Part shown: piece by piece, positions 1 through 9,379 of the stretch
Numbering within the stretch: the stretch's first letter is position 1
How the letters are laid out: the number at the start of each line of letters is the position of its first letter
DNA from: Giardia intestinalis
Taxonomy: Eukaryota
DNA: 64,000 nt
NCBI GenBank assembly: GCA_000002435.2
Contig: CM018792.1
Strand: one strand, 5' to 3'
Notes under the pieces: generated by a model
The model's database searches: none
The model's input: only the letters and a program-made list of their open reading frames with translations
Told to the model about the DNA's origin: nothing
Made by a program: the position numbers and the translations under genes

Positions 1-167
1 GGATCAAAGATACGGTGATAACTACTTGTGAAAAACCCGTCTTTGTCCACAACGAGACTAGTCTCCATGCTTTTGTTTGTATCAATTTACTTTAGAATAA
101 GCACAATCCTGGATTCCACATAAATGTAGATACTAGCTCTTGGCCCCTGGCACCCAGCGTGGCGAGG

Positions 168-1853
168 TCACTGATAAGAGGATGGATCAGTCGTTGATTC
201 TGGAACCGTTGAGTCTAGAGCTGTTGATGTGAACTCATAGTGAGTGGTCTGCTCATCCCGCAGCCTCTGATACTTAAGGCGTCTATTCTTCTTCATTATG
301 GCAATGACGAAGGATAGGCCAATAATCAGTCCAGCCAGGACGACAATGGCTACTGGAAGAATGATGATCTCTGCTAGTGACACAGCCACCAATCCCTCGT
401 CGTAATAGACCCTTCCATTTCGCCACCAATAAAATGGAACCGGCGCTGTCTCAATCCCATATTCATTTCGGCCCAATGCAATCCGAGAAGTACCGCCGTC
501 ACACCAATCTGCACCCCAGGAATTTTGAATTCTCCAGTAAGCAACACCGTTCTCGTCTTCCTCCCAACCTATGATAAAGATAAGATGGTCAAGATACTCC
601 GCAAAGTAGTGACGCTTGGCCTTATCGTTTGCACTGACGTCATCATCATCAGTATAGGCAGCCCTAGATGATGGCCCGTACGGCGAGCAGTTCTTAAACA
701 AATCATTACCTGCATAAACGGAGACTGGTAAGGGACCATGACGATAGACTTCCCACTTGATTTCTTCAGGATCTGTAACGGCGCCTGTATAGCCCCCAAG
801 AGGAAGGCCTGCAGTGAAGAAGTAGCGGTCCCCTTCTAGGAACTTACCTGCCTTGCACGGTCGCTCTACACCGTCTCCAGATAGGTACGATATGTAATAG
901 CTGTTCTCTGTAAGGATCCCGAACTCTTCTGCAAACTTAACTACCATCTCGGCAAAGCCGCCACTGCACCCTTGAGCATACTGGTTACAGTCAAGGGCGT
1001 GCTGAACAGAGAGTCGTCTGGTCGCCCCGAGCTTGTCCTCGTCCTCACTAGCAACCATGACACGTGCTGTCATGGCCCAGACGGTGGCAGCTGTATAGCA
1101 CGACCCGCAGTGGCCCTGGTCAAATGGTTCAGGGACATATGACTTACCATTGACAGATCTCCAATCGAAGTTCTTGGGGAGCTTATCTCCTCTGTACGAT
1201 GAGTTACTATTCTCGGCAGCTGCACCCGTGGGGAACAAGCTATGTGAAAAGGACTGTCGGAAGCCTGCTGGTATATTAGTGACGTCACCGTTCTTTTTCA
1301 TTTGGATGTACATGTCTCCCGTTGGGACGGACACGTCTAGTTTTCTTCTAATAAGAGTGGGGTTGACCGGCCCCGGGCCAGACGGCTCATAATAATTGTC
1401 AACTGTGGTCAGGAGAGGCTTGACATTGGTGGCGCGTATGCAGGCCCTGTAGCGCCGCATCATGCCCTGTTTCACGGCCCACCCCATCTCTGGCTGGGAC
1501 TTGTAGCACATGGAATGAACAGTAGAAGAGTCTGGCACATCCTCCCAGGCCAAAAAGTAGAGATACTTCAAGTCGCCAATGTTAATCTGTATGGCCTGAG
1601 AGTAAACTTGCGACCAGGTCCCGCTGGCTCCTGTGTCCTCATCGACTGCAACGTTGGGTGACAAGAGCGTTATCATTCTGGTCTCTTTTACACGTATACT
1701 TGCAGGACAACTTGTTCTATCATTCGTTATTGTGTACTTAAAGCCAGTGGATTCTATCTTCCATGTCCCGAGAACTTGGTCATTAGCGCACCAGCAAGGA
1801 GTGTCTGCACTGGCAAGCCAGATAAAGATGGCGCAGAGAAGCAGACCTGCCAT
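168..1853 (-). CDS. Dipeptidyl-peptidase I (cathepsin C)-like papain-family (C1) cysteine protease with signal peptide and C-terminal transmembrane anchor
   Basis: ATG-initiated 561-aa ORF (ATG confirmed at 1851-1853 on the minus strand). Hydrophobic N-terminal signal peptide, then ADTPCWCANDQVLGTW, which resembles the N-terminus of the cathepsin C exclusion domain (DTPANC..LLGTW). Papain catalytic residues present: Cys in QGHCGSCY, His in HLIFIIGWEED, Asn in NSWGADWCDGG. A hydrophobic stretch IIILPVAIVVLAGLIIGLSFVIAIM is followed by KKNRR near the C-terminus. Confidence 0.75.
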   Translation of the reverse strand: MAGLLLCAIFIWLASADTPCWCANDQVLGTWKIESTGFKYTITNDRTSCPASIRVKETRMITLLSPNVAVDEDTGASGTWSQVYSQAIQINIGDLKYLYFLAWEDVPDSSTVHSMCYKSQPEMGWAVKQGMMRRYRACIRATNVKPLLTTVDNYYEPSGPGPVNPTLIRRKLDVSVPTGDMYIQMKKNGDVTNIPAGFRQSFSHSLFPTGAAAENSNSSYRGDKLPKNFDWRSVNGKSYVPEPFDQGHCGSCYTAATVWAMTARVMVASEDEDKLGATRRLSVQHALDCNQYAQGCSGGFAEMVVKFAEEFGILTENSYYISYLSGDGVERPCKAGKFLEGDRYFFTAGLPLGGYTGAVTDPEEIKWEVYRHGPLPVSVYAGNDLFKNCSPYGPSSRAAYTDDDDVSANDKAKRHYFAEYLDHLIFIIGWEEDENGVAYWRIQNSWGADWCDGGTSRIALGRNEYGIETAPVPFYWWRNGRVYYDEGLVAVSLAEIIILPVAIVVLAGLIIGLSFVIAIMKKNRRLKYQRLRDEQTTHYEFTSTALDSTVPESTTDPSSYQ

Positions 1854-1891
1854 TTTTCTTTTGTGTTGTCAAAAGAATTCACTTATAAAGC

Positions 1892-2710
1892 TCAACCACA
1901 GAGCGCTTGCTCGACGTCCGTGTACTCCGAGGACTCCGCACTAACGCCCTCGAAATCTTGACAGCCCCACGAACTAACGTCACAGTACGCCCTAACCATC
2001 CATAGGTGATCCACTACAAATGGATTTTTATTCCCCTGGACTGTGACAATACGGTCGTGTTCGTCTAGCTCTTCGGCAGTTGGAGGATGCAGGACGTTCC
2101 AGTGAAGCAGAGTGTCAACATCCATGACGTCTCCGAGCCGGTCAAAGTAGTCTGGATAGGCTACGAAGAAATATGCAACTGCTCGTGCGATTTTTCCCTT
2201 AACCGCATCTCTCGGTTCGAAGCACACACCCTTTTCTACTTTGCTGTATCTATTAGGGAATCGGGGAGGCTCTTCTGTGATGTTATTTTTGCCATACCAC
2301 GCAGACACGTTTTCTGTCGGGATGTTATCGAAGGGGTAATTGGAGCGGGCGCTGTTTGCTGCTGCTAGTGCTGGGTAGAGGTGGTGGAGGTCGCTCTTCA
2401 TGGGTTCTAAACTATCAAAAAGGGATTGGGGAACCACATGCTCACAGTTCAGGTCTTCATTACAATTGGTCTCCTCCGTCATGTAGGGACAGTCTAGCTC
2501 TCTCCCAGTGTATACGCACGTGACAGCATTAGTCAAAGGGTTGTTATAAATGAATCCGTACATCTCTAGACGCGCTCTCTTGTATCCCAGATGCGTGTGC
2601 TCTGCGTAGTTCTTCGTTAAAAAGGATCTGAAGCTTGCTCCATAAGCTGTCGAGTTCACTAGACTCTCTTTGGCAAGCGCCAAACCCAGAAGCAGTGAGA
2701 CAGCAAGCAT
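1892..2710 (-). CDS. Secreted endonuclease I (EndA/Vvn family)-like extracellular nuclease
   Basis: 272-aa ORF with ATG start and signal peptide MLAVSLLLGLALA. The motif NCEHVVPQS resembles the conserved EHVvP active-site segment of the Endonuclease_1 family. Several conserved cysteines fit a secreted disulfide-stabilised nuclease. Family assignment is from motif memory, not a search. Confidence 0.5.
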   Translation of the reverse strand: MLAVSLLLGLALAKESLVNSTAYGASFRSFLTKNYAEHTHLGYKRARLEMYGFIYNNPLTNAVTCVYTGRELDCPYMTEETNCNEDLNCEHVVPQSLFDSLEPMKSDLHHLYPALAAANSARSNYPFDNIPTENVSAWYGKNNITEEPPRFPNRYSKVEKGVCFEPRDAVKGKIARAVAYFFVAYPDYFDRLGDVMDVDTLLHWNVLHPPTAEELDEHDRIVTVQGNKNPFVVDHLWMVRAYCDVSSWGCQDFEGVSAESSEYTDVEQALCG

Positions 2711-2759
2711 GCCACTTTATTAATCTCTCAATAATTTAACTTCAATTTTTGAAAGGCAA

Positions 2760-3125
2760 ATGACAAACGACATTATTGCGGTCCAGAAGCGCTTTGAGGG
2801 TCTTCAGCACCAGTACTTGAAGCTTCAGCAAAGCAAGAGCAAGCTTGTTGATTTGCTCCACGAGAACGAACTGGTGCTGGAGGACATGAAGACCCTGAAG
2901 CCTGAGTGCAGCGTCTACCAGACTGTAGGGCCCACACTTCTTCCGCGTTCACATGACGAAGTAAGGAGCGCGTTGACAGAGAAAGTAGGCTTCATAAGGA
3001 AGCAATTGGAAGTAGCTAACAAGCAGCTCCAGGACCTTGAGGGTCAACTGCGTGAAATCAACAAGGAGCGCATGCAGATAGCCCGGAATCGCGGGGCTGT
3101 GAAGGGCGCTTCTGCCGGCATGTAA
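2760..3125 (+). CDS. Prefoldin beta-type subunit (KE2/PFD6-like)
   Basis: 121-aa ORF with coiled coil, central beta-hairpin segment (CSVYQTVGPTLLPRSHDEV) and second coiled coil, the canonical prefoldin-beta layout. ATG confirmed at 2760. Confidence 0.5.
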   Translation: MTNDIIAVQKRFEGLQHQYLKLQQSKSKLVDLLHENELVLEDMKTLKPECSVYQTVGPTLLPRSHDEVRSALTEKVGFIRKQLEVANKQLQDLEGQLREINKERMQIARNRGAVKGASAGM

Positions 3126-3172
3126 ACCGCAGTCATCTCTTTGGCTCCTTTTCTTAAAACTTCCTCTGCAAA

Positions 3173-4918
3173 ATGACGTCCCCGGATTTGCCAGTAGCTG
3201 CACATGAAATTCCTGGCTTTCTGAAGTGCCACATTGAAGGGATACTTCTTCAGTATGCACACTATATGAATGAGGTAGTTGAGCATCAACGGGTTCAGGG
3301 CTTGAACACCAGTGCCGTTTCATCTCTCTCAGAGCTACGAAAGAAAACATCACGTTTTATTGACTCTGTATGTGAGACTATAACGTCTTCTACAGAGGCT
3401 GGAGAGCTGCTCAGACAAAGCTTGGAAGCAATTATGCAAAAGATAGATATTTACCGAGTCATGAAGGCAGCATTTTCTGGGGCGCTTAACCAGGGCAACA
3501 AGACCACCATAGACTATGCCTCGTCTTGCATCCTACCCGCGGCTCTTCAACTTCCTCTTACTTTGGTTATTGTCAATCAAGTAAGCTTCGATGTACTCAA
3601 CTATATGTCCCTTCGTCCAGGTTCGCTGGTTTGTATGTCACGGGGGCCTACACCAACCTGGCTATTGAATGATATTTGCACAAATTATCTTAAGGCCAAG
3701 GCTAACACACTTTCAATATCGTCTAAGCCTCTTCAGCATCGCCTTTGTGTCGTCACTCGTATTTGGTTTGAAAACTCTATTCTTCCAGAGGATGCAGAAG
3801 CTTTCTTAATGACGGTTCCTATTCGGCGTCAAAGGAATCCGTTCTTCTTAGATTCAGGAGCTGAGACTCTTGGAGATATTTCTGAAGAAGATGTCCTCGC
3901 TATATATGGGCCAGATGCGTTGATCTCAGAGCCTGTTACTAAATTAGATCTCCTCTTCAAGAAACGATATACAAGCAAAGAGCAGTTACCATTTACCGGC
4001 AGTGATCTTGAGGCCAGCATGCCCAGCGACCTCAAGGCAAAGATAATTGCACAGGCAAAAGATATCCCCCAAAAGGTTGTCCGTAATGACAAATATACAC
4101 GCACTCAAATGGATAGAGGCCTTTTGAGGCTTATAACTCGTTTCAGACTAGAACTTCTGGACATTCATGACTCAGAGCTACCCCCAGACGCAGACTCTGG
4201 CCCTGCGAATCCCGCTCCCTCCTGTTTTAGCCCACACGCACCTCTAGAGTCACTACAGGATATTGATGCATCCATCCACTCTTCCATGCCGTGGCTCAAA
4301 GCTCCTCTTCGTCTCTCTTATGGGAAACGCTATGTCATTGATGCGCAGACTGCTACGCTTGCTGATCTGAGCCCACTTCTAGATCCATATGTGGACCAGA
4401 TGGTCTTCTGCCCGCTTTCTAACAGTTATTGTCTGGCATACAATAAGCTTCAGAAGAGATTCAGAGTTGCATATGTTCATGACAGTCCCACTCGGGAGAA
4501 CCGCTTCCATGCACGTATCTCCTGGGTTAAGGCAAAAAGCCATCTGGCACAACCCACGGGGGAGCGACACGTCACAGTGCAGATAGATAGCCTAGACTCC
4601 GTGCACCTTTTTGATGTAGACACGTGGCTCGCCGAGAACACCGTTTATGACTGTGCTTGCTGTGCCTCCTCGGCTTCAACAGAGAAAGTGGGTCGCTCAA
4701 GAAGTAGACAGGTTCGCGATGAGAGCAAAACTAGCAAACCGGCAGCTCATCACATGAATGTGCTAATCTTCGCTAGATTCTTGGCCCCTTTGCCGAGCTC
4801 AACCCGGCTCATGGAGGTCATGTACGATGACATCTTCCCCACCGTACCATTCCTCAAGAAGCCAAAGCGGAAATTCTATGCAAACGTAATGCGTACATGT
4901 ATTGAATTTACAGAGTAG
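3173..4918 (+). CDS. Hypothetical protein (581 aa), no recognisable domain
   Basis: Long ATG-initiated ORF with AT-rich 47-bp upstream spacer. Its 3' end overlaps the 3' end of the convergent gene by 11 bp (4908-4918). Confidence 0.6.
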   Translation: MTSPDLPVAAHEIPGFLKCHIEGILLQYAHYMNEVVEHQRVQGLNTSAVSSLSELRKKTSRFIDSVCETITSSTEAGELLRQSLEAIMQKIDIYRVMKAAFSGALNQGNKTTIDYASSCILPAALQLPLTLVIVNQVSFDVLNYMSLRPGSLVCMSRGPTPTWLLNDICTNYLKAKANTLSISSKPLQHRLCVVTRIWFENSILPEDAEAFLMTVPIRRQRNPFFLDSGAETLGDISEEDVLAIYGPDALISEPVTKLDLLFKKRYTSKEQLPFTGSDLEASMPSDLKAKIIAQAKDIPQKVVRNDKYTRTQMDRGLLRLITRFRLELLDIHDSELPPDADSGPANPAPSCFSPHAPLESLQDIDASIHSSMPWLKAPLRLSYGKRYVIDAQTATLADLSPLLDPYVDQMVFCPLSNSYCLAYNKLQKRFRVAYVHDSPTRENRFHARISWVKAKSHLAQPTGERHVTVQIDSLDSVHLFDVDTWLAENTVYDCACCASSASTEKVGRSRSRQVRDESKTSKPAAHHMNVLIFARFLAPLPSSTRLMEVMYDDIFPTVPFLKKPKRKFYANVMRTCIEFTE

Positions 4919-7900
4919 GGTCTGTGTCATCCATTAGCAAAAGCCGCAATTGCCCCACGTTAAGCGCTGACCTAAGATTGATCCCAACCATTTCTCCCAC
5001 TCTTCCTAATACATCAATACTATCCCAACACTCCAAAAAGGCACGGATTGACATCATTTTGTTATGTATTAATTCGTTGGTGTAGTAGAGGGCAGCGAAC
5101 CTCTTCTTAGACGAAATGTGTATTGTTGGTATGGCTTCTATGGGTGCATCTCCGTCGGTTTTCAAGACATATCTAATTCCAGTAGAATTGGAAACAAACT
5201 CAGTTATGCAATTGACAGATGAATCTACAAAGCATTTTATAGACGAGGCGATAGCATCAGAATTATCAGCATCAGCAAGCACAGCATGTAGAGTTTCTTC
5301 TGCGTATGTATAGGTGGACCCAAACTTCAAAAGAGCTACCATCAAATTTGATAAGTGCAAGGGCAGACATCTTCTGTGCAAAAAGGCCCAGCTAAGAAGG
5401 CGTCCAAGCCTACGCAGAATCTCCACTGTTACTGCTGAAATCTCCCCTGCTGGAAGGGTGTACCGTTTAGTGTTACCATCATAGATAAGAACATGTTCTT
5501 CTGCACAAGCTTTTAAAAGGAGAGAGCTATATTCAGCATCGGTAAGATCCCCAGCTTCTGTCGAGAAGGTATACGCATGAGATGCCAGAGATGCGAACGT
5601 TGCACCAGGTTTGAAGACAGAGAGAAGATTCAGAGCCGTCAGTTCTCCTTTTAGTAAATGAGTAACTGTATTCGCACTAGATTCCTTTGTGATTCCTTTA
5701 TAAATGATATTGATGATATCGCAACGTGGCAAGGGGATTGCCTGGAAAACACCGTGCATTGAGACGGCTGCAGATGCAAAAATAGACTCGACAAGTGAAT
5801 CGATTATACCGGGGGTATCCTCGGCAGAGACCGCGTGTTGCAAACATTCTAGGGTGGGGTGATTGAACGGCAGAAGAGAAGCGCATATTCGTTGAATGAC
5901 TTTGAGACAGCAGAGGAGATTTGCCGCATACCTGTCTACGTGAGTTGATGGGGCAGACACAACAACTACATGACTTCTATCCACAACATAAGCATTGCGC
6001 AGCAAGGAATCCAGAATTGCATGCTTGGACATCCTCAGCACGGATAAGATACTCTTAAACAAATGCAGAACTTCGTCTAAAGAATATGCAGCCGTTAAGA
6101 CGGAGAGCAGGGGTTCGCCGACTATAGAGACCTCTGCATAGCCTGCAGAGAAGTCTGGAGCCATTGTAAGTGCTTGAGATAAATAGCTAGAAAGCTCGTC
6201 GACACGCCTCGTCAACGTAGGCTCTGTATCTGCGTGAACAATACAAAAGAAGTTATCCATGTGAACTAAACTATCTAGTACCGGGACTGCGTAGGCATAC
6301 TTATGAGGAAGCCCATCGCCTGAACGTTTAAGTAATCCCTCAGACACATCGAGATTTGCATTGTCCTTCATAGACCTTAGTGAGGGAACGGCATCAAATA
6401 AGCTGGGCACCACAAAGTCTATCTTCAGAGACACAAAGGAATTATCAGCTGCGTAAGAATAAAACTTAGATGCGAGCTGCTGACGCAAAGAAAGCCAATC
6501 CTGCGAAAATGCCACAGAACTATCAATCCGAAAACATTCGCTCTTGAATGGGACGCCCTTCAAGAGCGAAACTCTAACGTTATTCATAAGGCTATTGAAC
6601 TCTATCAGCAAGGAGGAAAGCCTGTCATAGTCCTTTTTCCAGGTAGCTAAGGCATGCCTCCTATCGTTAATGCATGTGAAGAAGCGTACCACAGATTTGA
6701 AAATGTCATACTGCGTGCCGAAAACGGCGTCCGCGCTGCTTTTGGCTTCCAGCTGTTTGTTGTTAATCATGTCAAAGACATCTAAAAGGGTTAAGCTCAG
6801 GCCATTGAACACACAGCGAGATCCTACATACGATTGAGAAGCGCTTTCAAGATCGCTAAGCTGCTTTACGCTCTCTTCACAGACCGAAAGCCCGCGTTCA
6901 GCAGCTTTCTTTCCATCTTGTAAGATGTTGTAGATATTGGCAAACGAAGTGAACTCTGTAGAGGTGCATTGTAGTGCTGCATCTGCCAATTTTCGACAGC
7001 TTTGTTCTTCAGCGGATGCTTCCAGTATTCTTGCAAAATATGAAGGATGCGAGTAGAAATGAGTAATACGGAAGAGCAAGTCTAATAAATGGGGGCTTTC
7101 AGGATTGTATGAAACGTTGGGGCGCGACGGCGCTGAAAGATCGATGTATGTGTGTGGCCCCACCAGCCATCGCATATCCCCATAGAACCCATTGGTGAGC
7201 AAGGGATGGAAGCTAGATGTCAAAAGCCCCTGGCGCCCAGGATTGTCCACCAGTAAGGTGACAGGGGATGCTCCCATAACGTAGTCTAGAAGCCCGATAA
7301 AGATTCCATTGACGCACCGTGGGTGCTTGTCGGCCCACTGCAGAGAGGACTTTGTATGGAAGCCTGTGGACGATGGGGTCGCATAGTCGTGCTGATGATG
7401 ATAGGCAATAGAAAGAGGATCAAGACCACGAGAATCGGCATTAATAATTCGATAAACAGCCTCGACACTATTGTCTTCCAAAGGAGCATTTTCAACGAGA
7501 CCATGTGTCACATCCTCCCTATCAATATAGTGTCGGCGCCCCTGTGCAAAGCTCCTACGCTCACTGGCTAAGGTCCTGGATGTTACTGCATTGGCAATGT
7601 CGCCTCGCACAGCTACAGTGATAATAAACGAAATGAGATCGTCCTTCAACGACTTAGCTATTTTGCATTGGCAGGAGGAGCCTCGAAAGCCTCCTATGCA
7701 GAGCGGACGAGGATTCTTGCCGACTGGGTCGCGAGATGTCGAACAGTAGAGCATGTGATGGATCGTTATGTCCTCAGCGATAATTGCAGAAAGCTCTGGT
7801 GCGGCCTTGGTCCGCAAACAAGATGTTGCACCCGACGTTCTGATATCCGCTAGACAACGAATATAGCGCTGTTCGACATCTGCACGAGTGTGCTTTGAAA

Positions 7901-9152
7901 CCGCAGTGCTATTCCATATCTTAATGTGGGAGAAATCCGCCTTTGAAGGAATAAGGTGTGGTATTCCCATATTTCTATCGTATCCTGGAACAGCGATAGC
8001 AAAGTCACGATACGCGTATTTTATGAGACGCGAGCTATACGTTGTGCTTCTGTAGGTCATGTTAACGACATTAAGACGGCAGCGTAACGATTGAAGACAG
8101 CGGGGGGTTACATAGACAGAGGTGCCATCGAAAGCAACTCCGGAACAGTCAATGTCGAAGCCATATATTACCTCACATGGACGTGAATAAAGCCTGAAGA
8201 CTATCTGGACATCTCTATGGGGATTAAGTCCAAAAATGGTTACAGCAAAGGAGGATCGCATGATGGTTGCGGATGCATTGTTCTTAGTTACCGTATCGAT
8301 AATTCGGTCGATAACCTTCCTAGCTTCTTCAACAGAACAACTATGAATGAAAAGGTCGATATCGGAAGTCCAGAACCCGTTGAGTCCGCAGATATAGTGG
8401 GGAGCTACTTCTGTACGATGTCCTGTATGTAGCGTAAGTTTGTCATTAATTAGAGCCTCAAATTTGCGTCCCTCATCCCCATACTCCTCTGGACTGAATC
8501 CTGGCAGCACACACGCAAGAACAGCACCACCTGCAGCCACCACGTTCGACCAGTCCATGCCGTCAAGGATTCCGTTTGTCAACAAGTGCCAATTTGAGAA
8601 GAATTTCTCTTGAGGGACAACTGTTGACAGCTCCAAGTTTTCTCCGGGCGTACAATAAATAGGCACTGTTTTTGGATACGGAAGACGTGACTTAACTGTG
8701 CCAGGATCGTATAGATCGTGGCACCCCTCCCAAGCCTCTATGTCCTCTATATCCTTGGCATGAAACTTCCGTCGCAAGTTATCTGCGAGAAGTTGGGTGT
8801 TTTTATATTCCTGCATAAATGAGTCCGTGAACATGTCGGTAGCTGGCTCTGACGGCTTGATACGACTGCTCCATTGATTGATGGTTAGAAGTGGGGTGTT
8901 GTCACGAAATTCTATGAAAGGAGCCATAATAGAGAGCAGAATGGGATTACTATACTCAAGCAGAAATCGTGATAAGTTCTCGTGTAACTCTAAGGGCGTG
9001 AGTTCTTCTGTAGTTATCCGAGCAGAGGATAGAAGTTCATCCACTAGCTTTGCAACATCTGGGAGACCGTCTACGTCTACACCCACTGCCCTCCATGTAT
9101 CCACAAGACAAGTAACGTGGTCTTTGAGGCGGTCCTTGATGTCCATCAACAT
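4908..9152 (-). CDS. Large hypothetical protein (1414 aa)
   Basis: 4.2-kb uninterrupted ORF with ATG at 9150-9152 (minus strand). Only short spurious antisense ORFs. No confident domain assignment. Confidence 0.7.
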   Translation of the reverse strand: MLMDIKDRLKDHVTCLVDTWRAVGVDVDGLPDVAKLVDELLSSARITTEELTPLELHENLSRFLLEYSNPILLSIMAPFIEFRDNTPLLTINQWSSRIKPSEPATDMFTDSFMQEYKNTQLLADNLRRKFHAKDIEDIEAWEGCHDLYDPGTVKSRLPYPKTVPIYCTPGENLELSTVVPQEKFFSNWHLLTNGILDGMDWSNVVAAGGAVLACVLPGFSPEEYGDEGRKFEALINDKLTLHTGHRTEVAPHYICGLNGFWTSDIDLFIHSCSVEEARKVIDRIIDTVTKNNASATIMRSSFAVTIFGLNPHRDVQIVFRLYSRPCEVIYGFDIDCSGVAFDGTSVYVTPRCLQSLRCRLNVVNMTYRSTTYSSRLIKYAYRDFAIAVPGYDRNMGIPHLIPSKADFSHIKIWNSTAVSKHTRADVEQRYIRCLADIRTSGATSCLRTKAAPELSAIIAEDITIHHMLYCSTSRDPVGKNPRPLCIGGFRGSSCQCKIAKSLKDDLISFIITVAVRGDIANAVTSRTLASERRSFAQGRRHYIDREDVTHGLVENAPLEDNSVEAVYRIINADSRGLDPLSIAYHHQHDYATPSSTGFHTKSSLQWADKHPRCVNGIFIGLLDYVMGASPVTLLVDNPGRQGLLTSSFHPLLTNGFYGDMRWLVGPHTYIDLSAPSRPNVSYNPESPHLLDLLFRITHFYSHPSYFARILEASAEEQSCRKLADAALQCTSTEFTSFANIYNILQDGKKAAERGLSVCEESVKQLSDLESASQSYVGSRCVFNGLSLTLLDVFDMINNKQLEAKSSADAVFGTQYDIFKSVVRFFTCINDRRHALATWKKDYDRLSSLLIEFNSLMNNVRVSLLKGVPFKSECFRIDSSVAFSQDWLSLRQQLASKFYSYAADNSFVSLKIDFVVPSLFDAVPSLRSMKDNANLDVSEGLLKRSGDGLPHKYAYAVPVLDSLVHMDNFFCIVHADTEPTLTRRVDELSSYLSQALTMAPDFSAGYAEVSIVGEPLLSVLTAAYSLDEVLHLFKSILSVLRMSKHAILDSLLRNAYVVDRSHVVVVSAPSTHVDRYAANLLCCLKVIQRICASLLPFNHPTLECLQHAVSAEDTPGIIDSLVESIFASAAVSMHGVFQAIPLPRCDIINIIYKGITKESSANTVTHLLKGELTALNLLSVFKPGATFASLASHAYTFSTEAGDLTDAEYSSLLLKACAEEHVLIYDGNTKRYTLPAGEISAVTVEILRRLGRLLSWAFLHRRCLPLHLSNLMVALLKFGSTYTYAEETLHAVLADADNSDAIASSIKCFVDSSVNCITEFVSNSTGIRYVLKTDGDAPIEAIPTIHISSKKRFAALYYTNELIHNKMMSIRAFLECWDSIDVLGRVGEMVGINLRSALNVGQLRLLLMDDTDPTL

Positions 9153-9379
9153 TTTTTGAAATTGACTTTATTGGACTCGTTAGTCATGGCCAACAGCGTA
9201 TGATTCGAAGCCCTTATCAACCGTACTGGGCACCCTCGGGAAGCTCGAGTTTAGCTCTTAAGGCTGCCTTTATGACCCAGTAACTATCAACGTAGGCTAT
9301 AATACCTTTCCTCTGCACCTGTAACTGCCTCTTCCTGGACTATAGTAGTGTGACTACTAGCTCAGGATATCGGACAAGC

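Noticed and set aside
9190-9260. tRNA-like snippet containing gattcgaagccc (T-loop-like)
   Set aside because: Flanking sequence does not form acceptor or T stems. No cloverleaf could be drawn.
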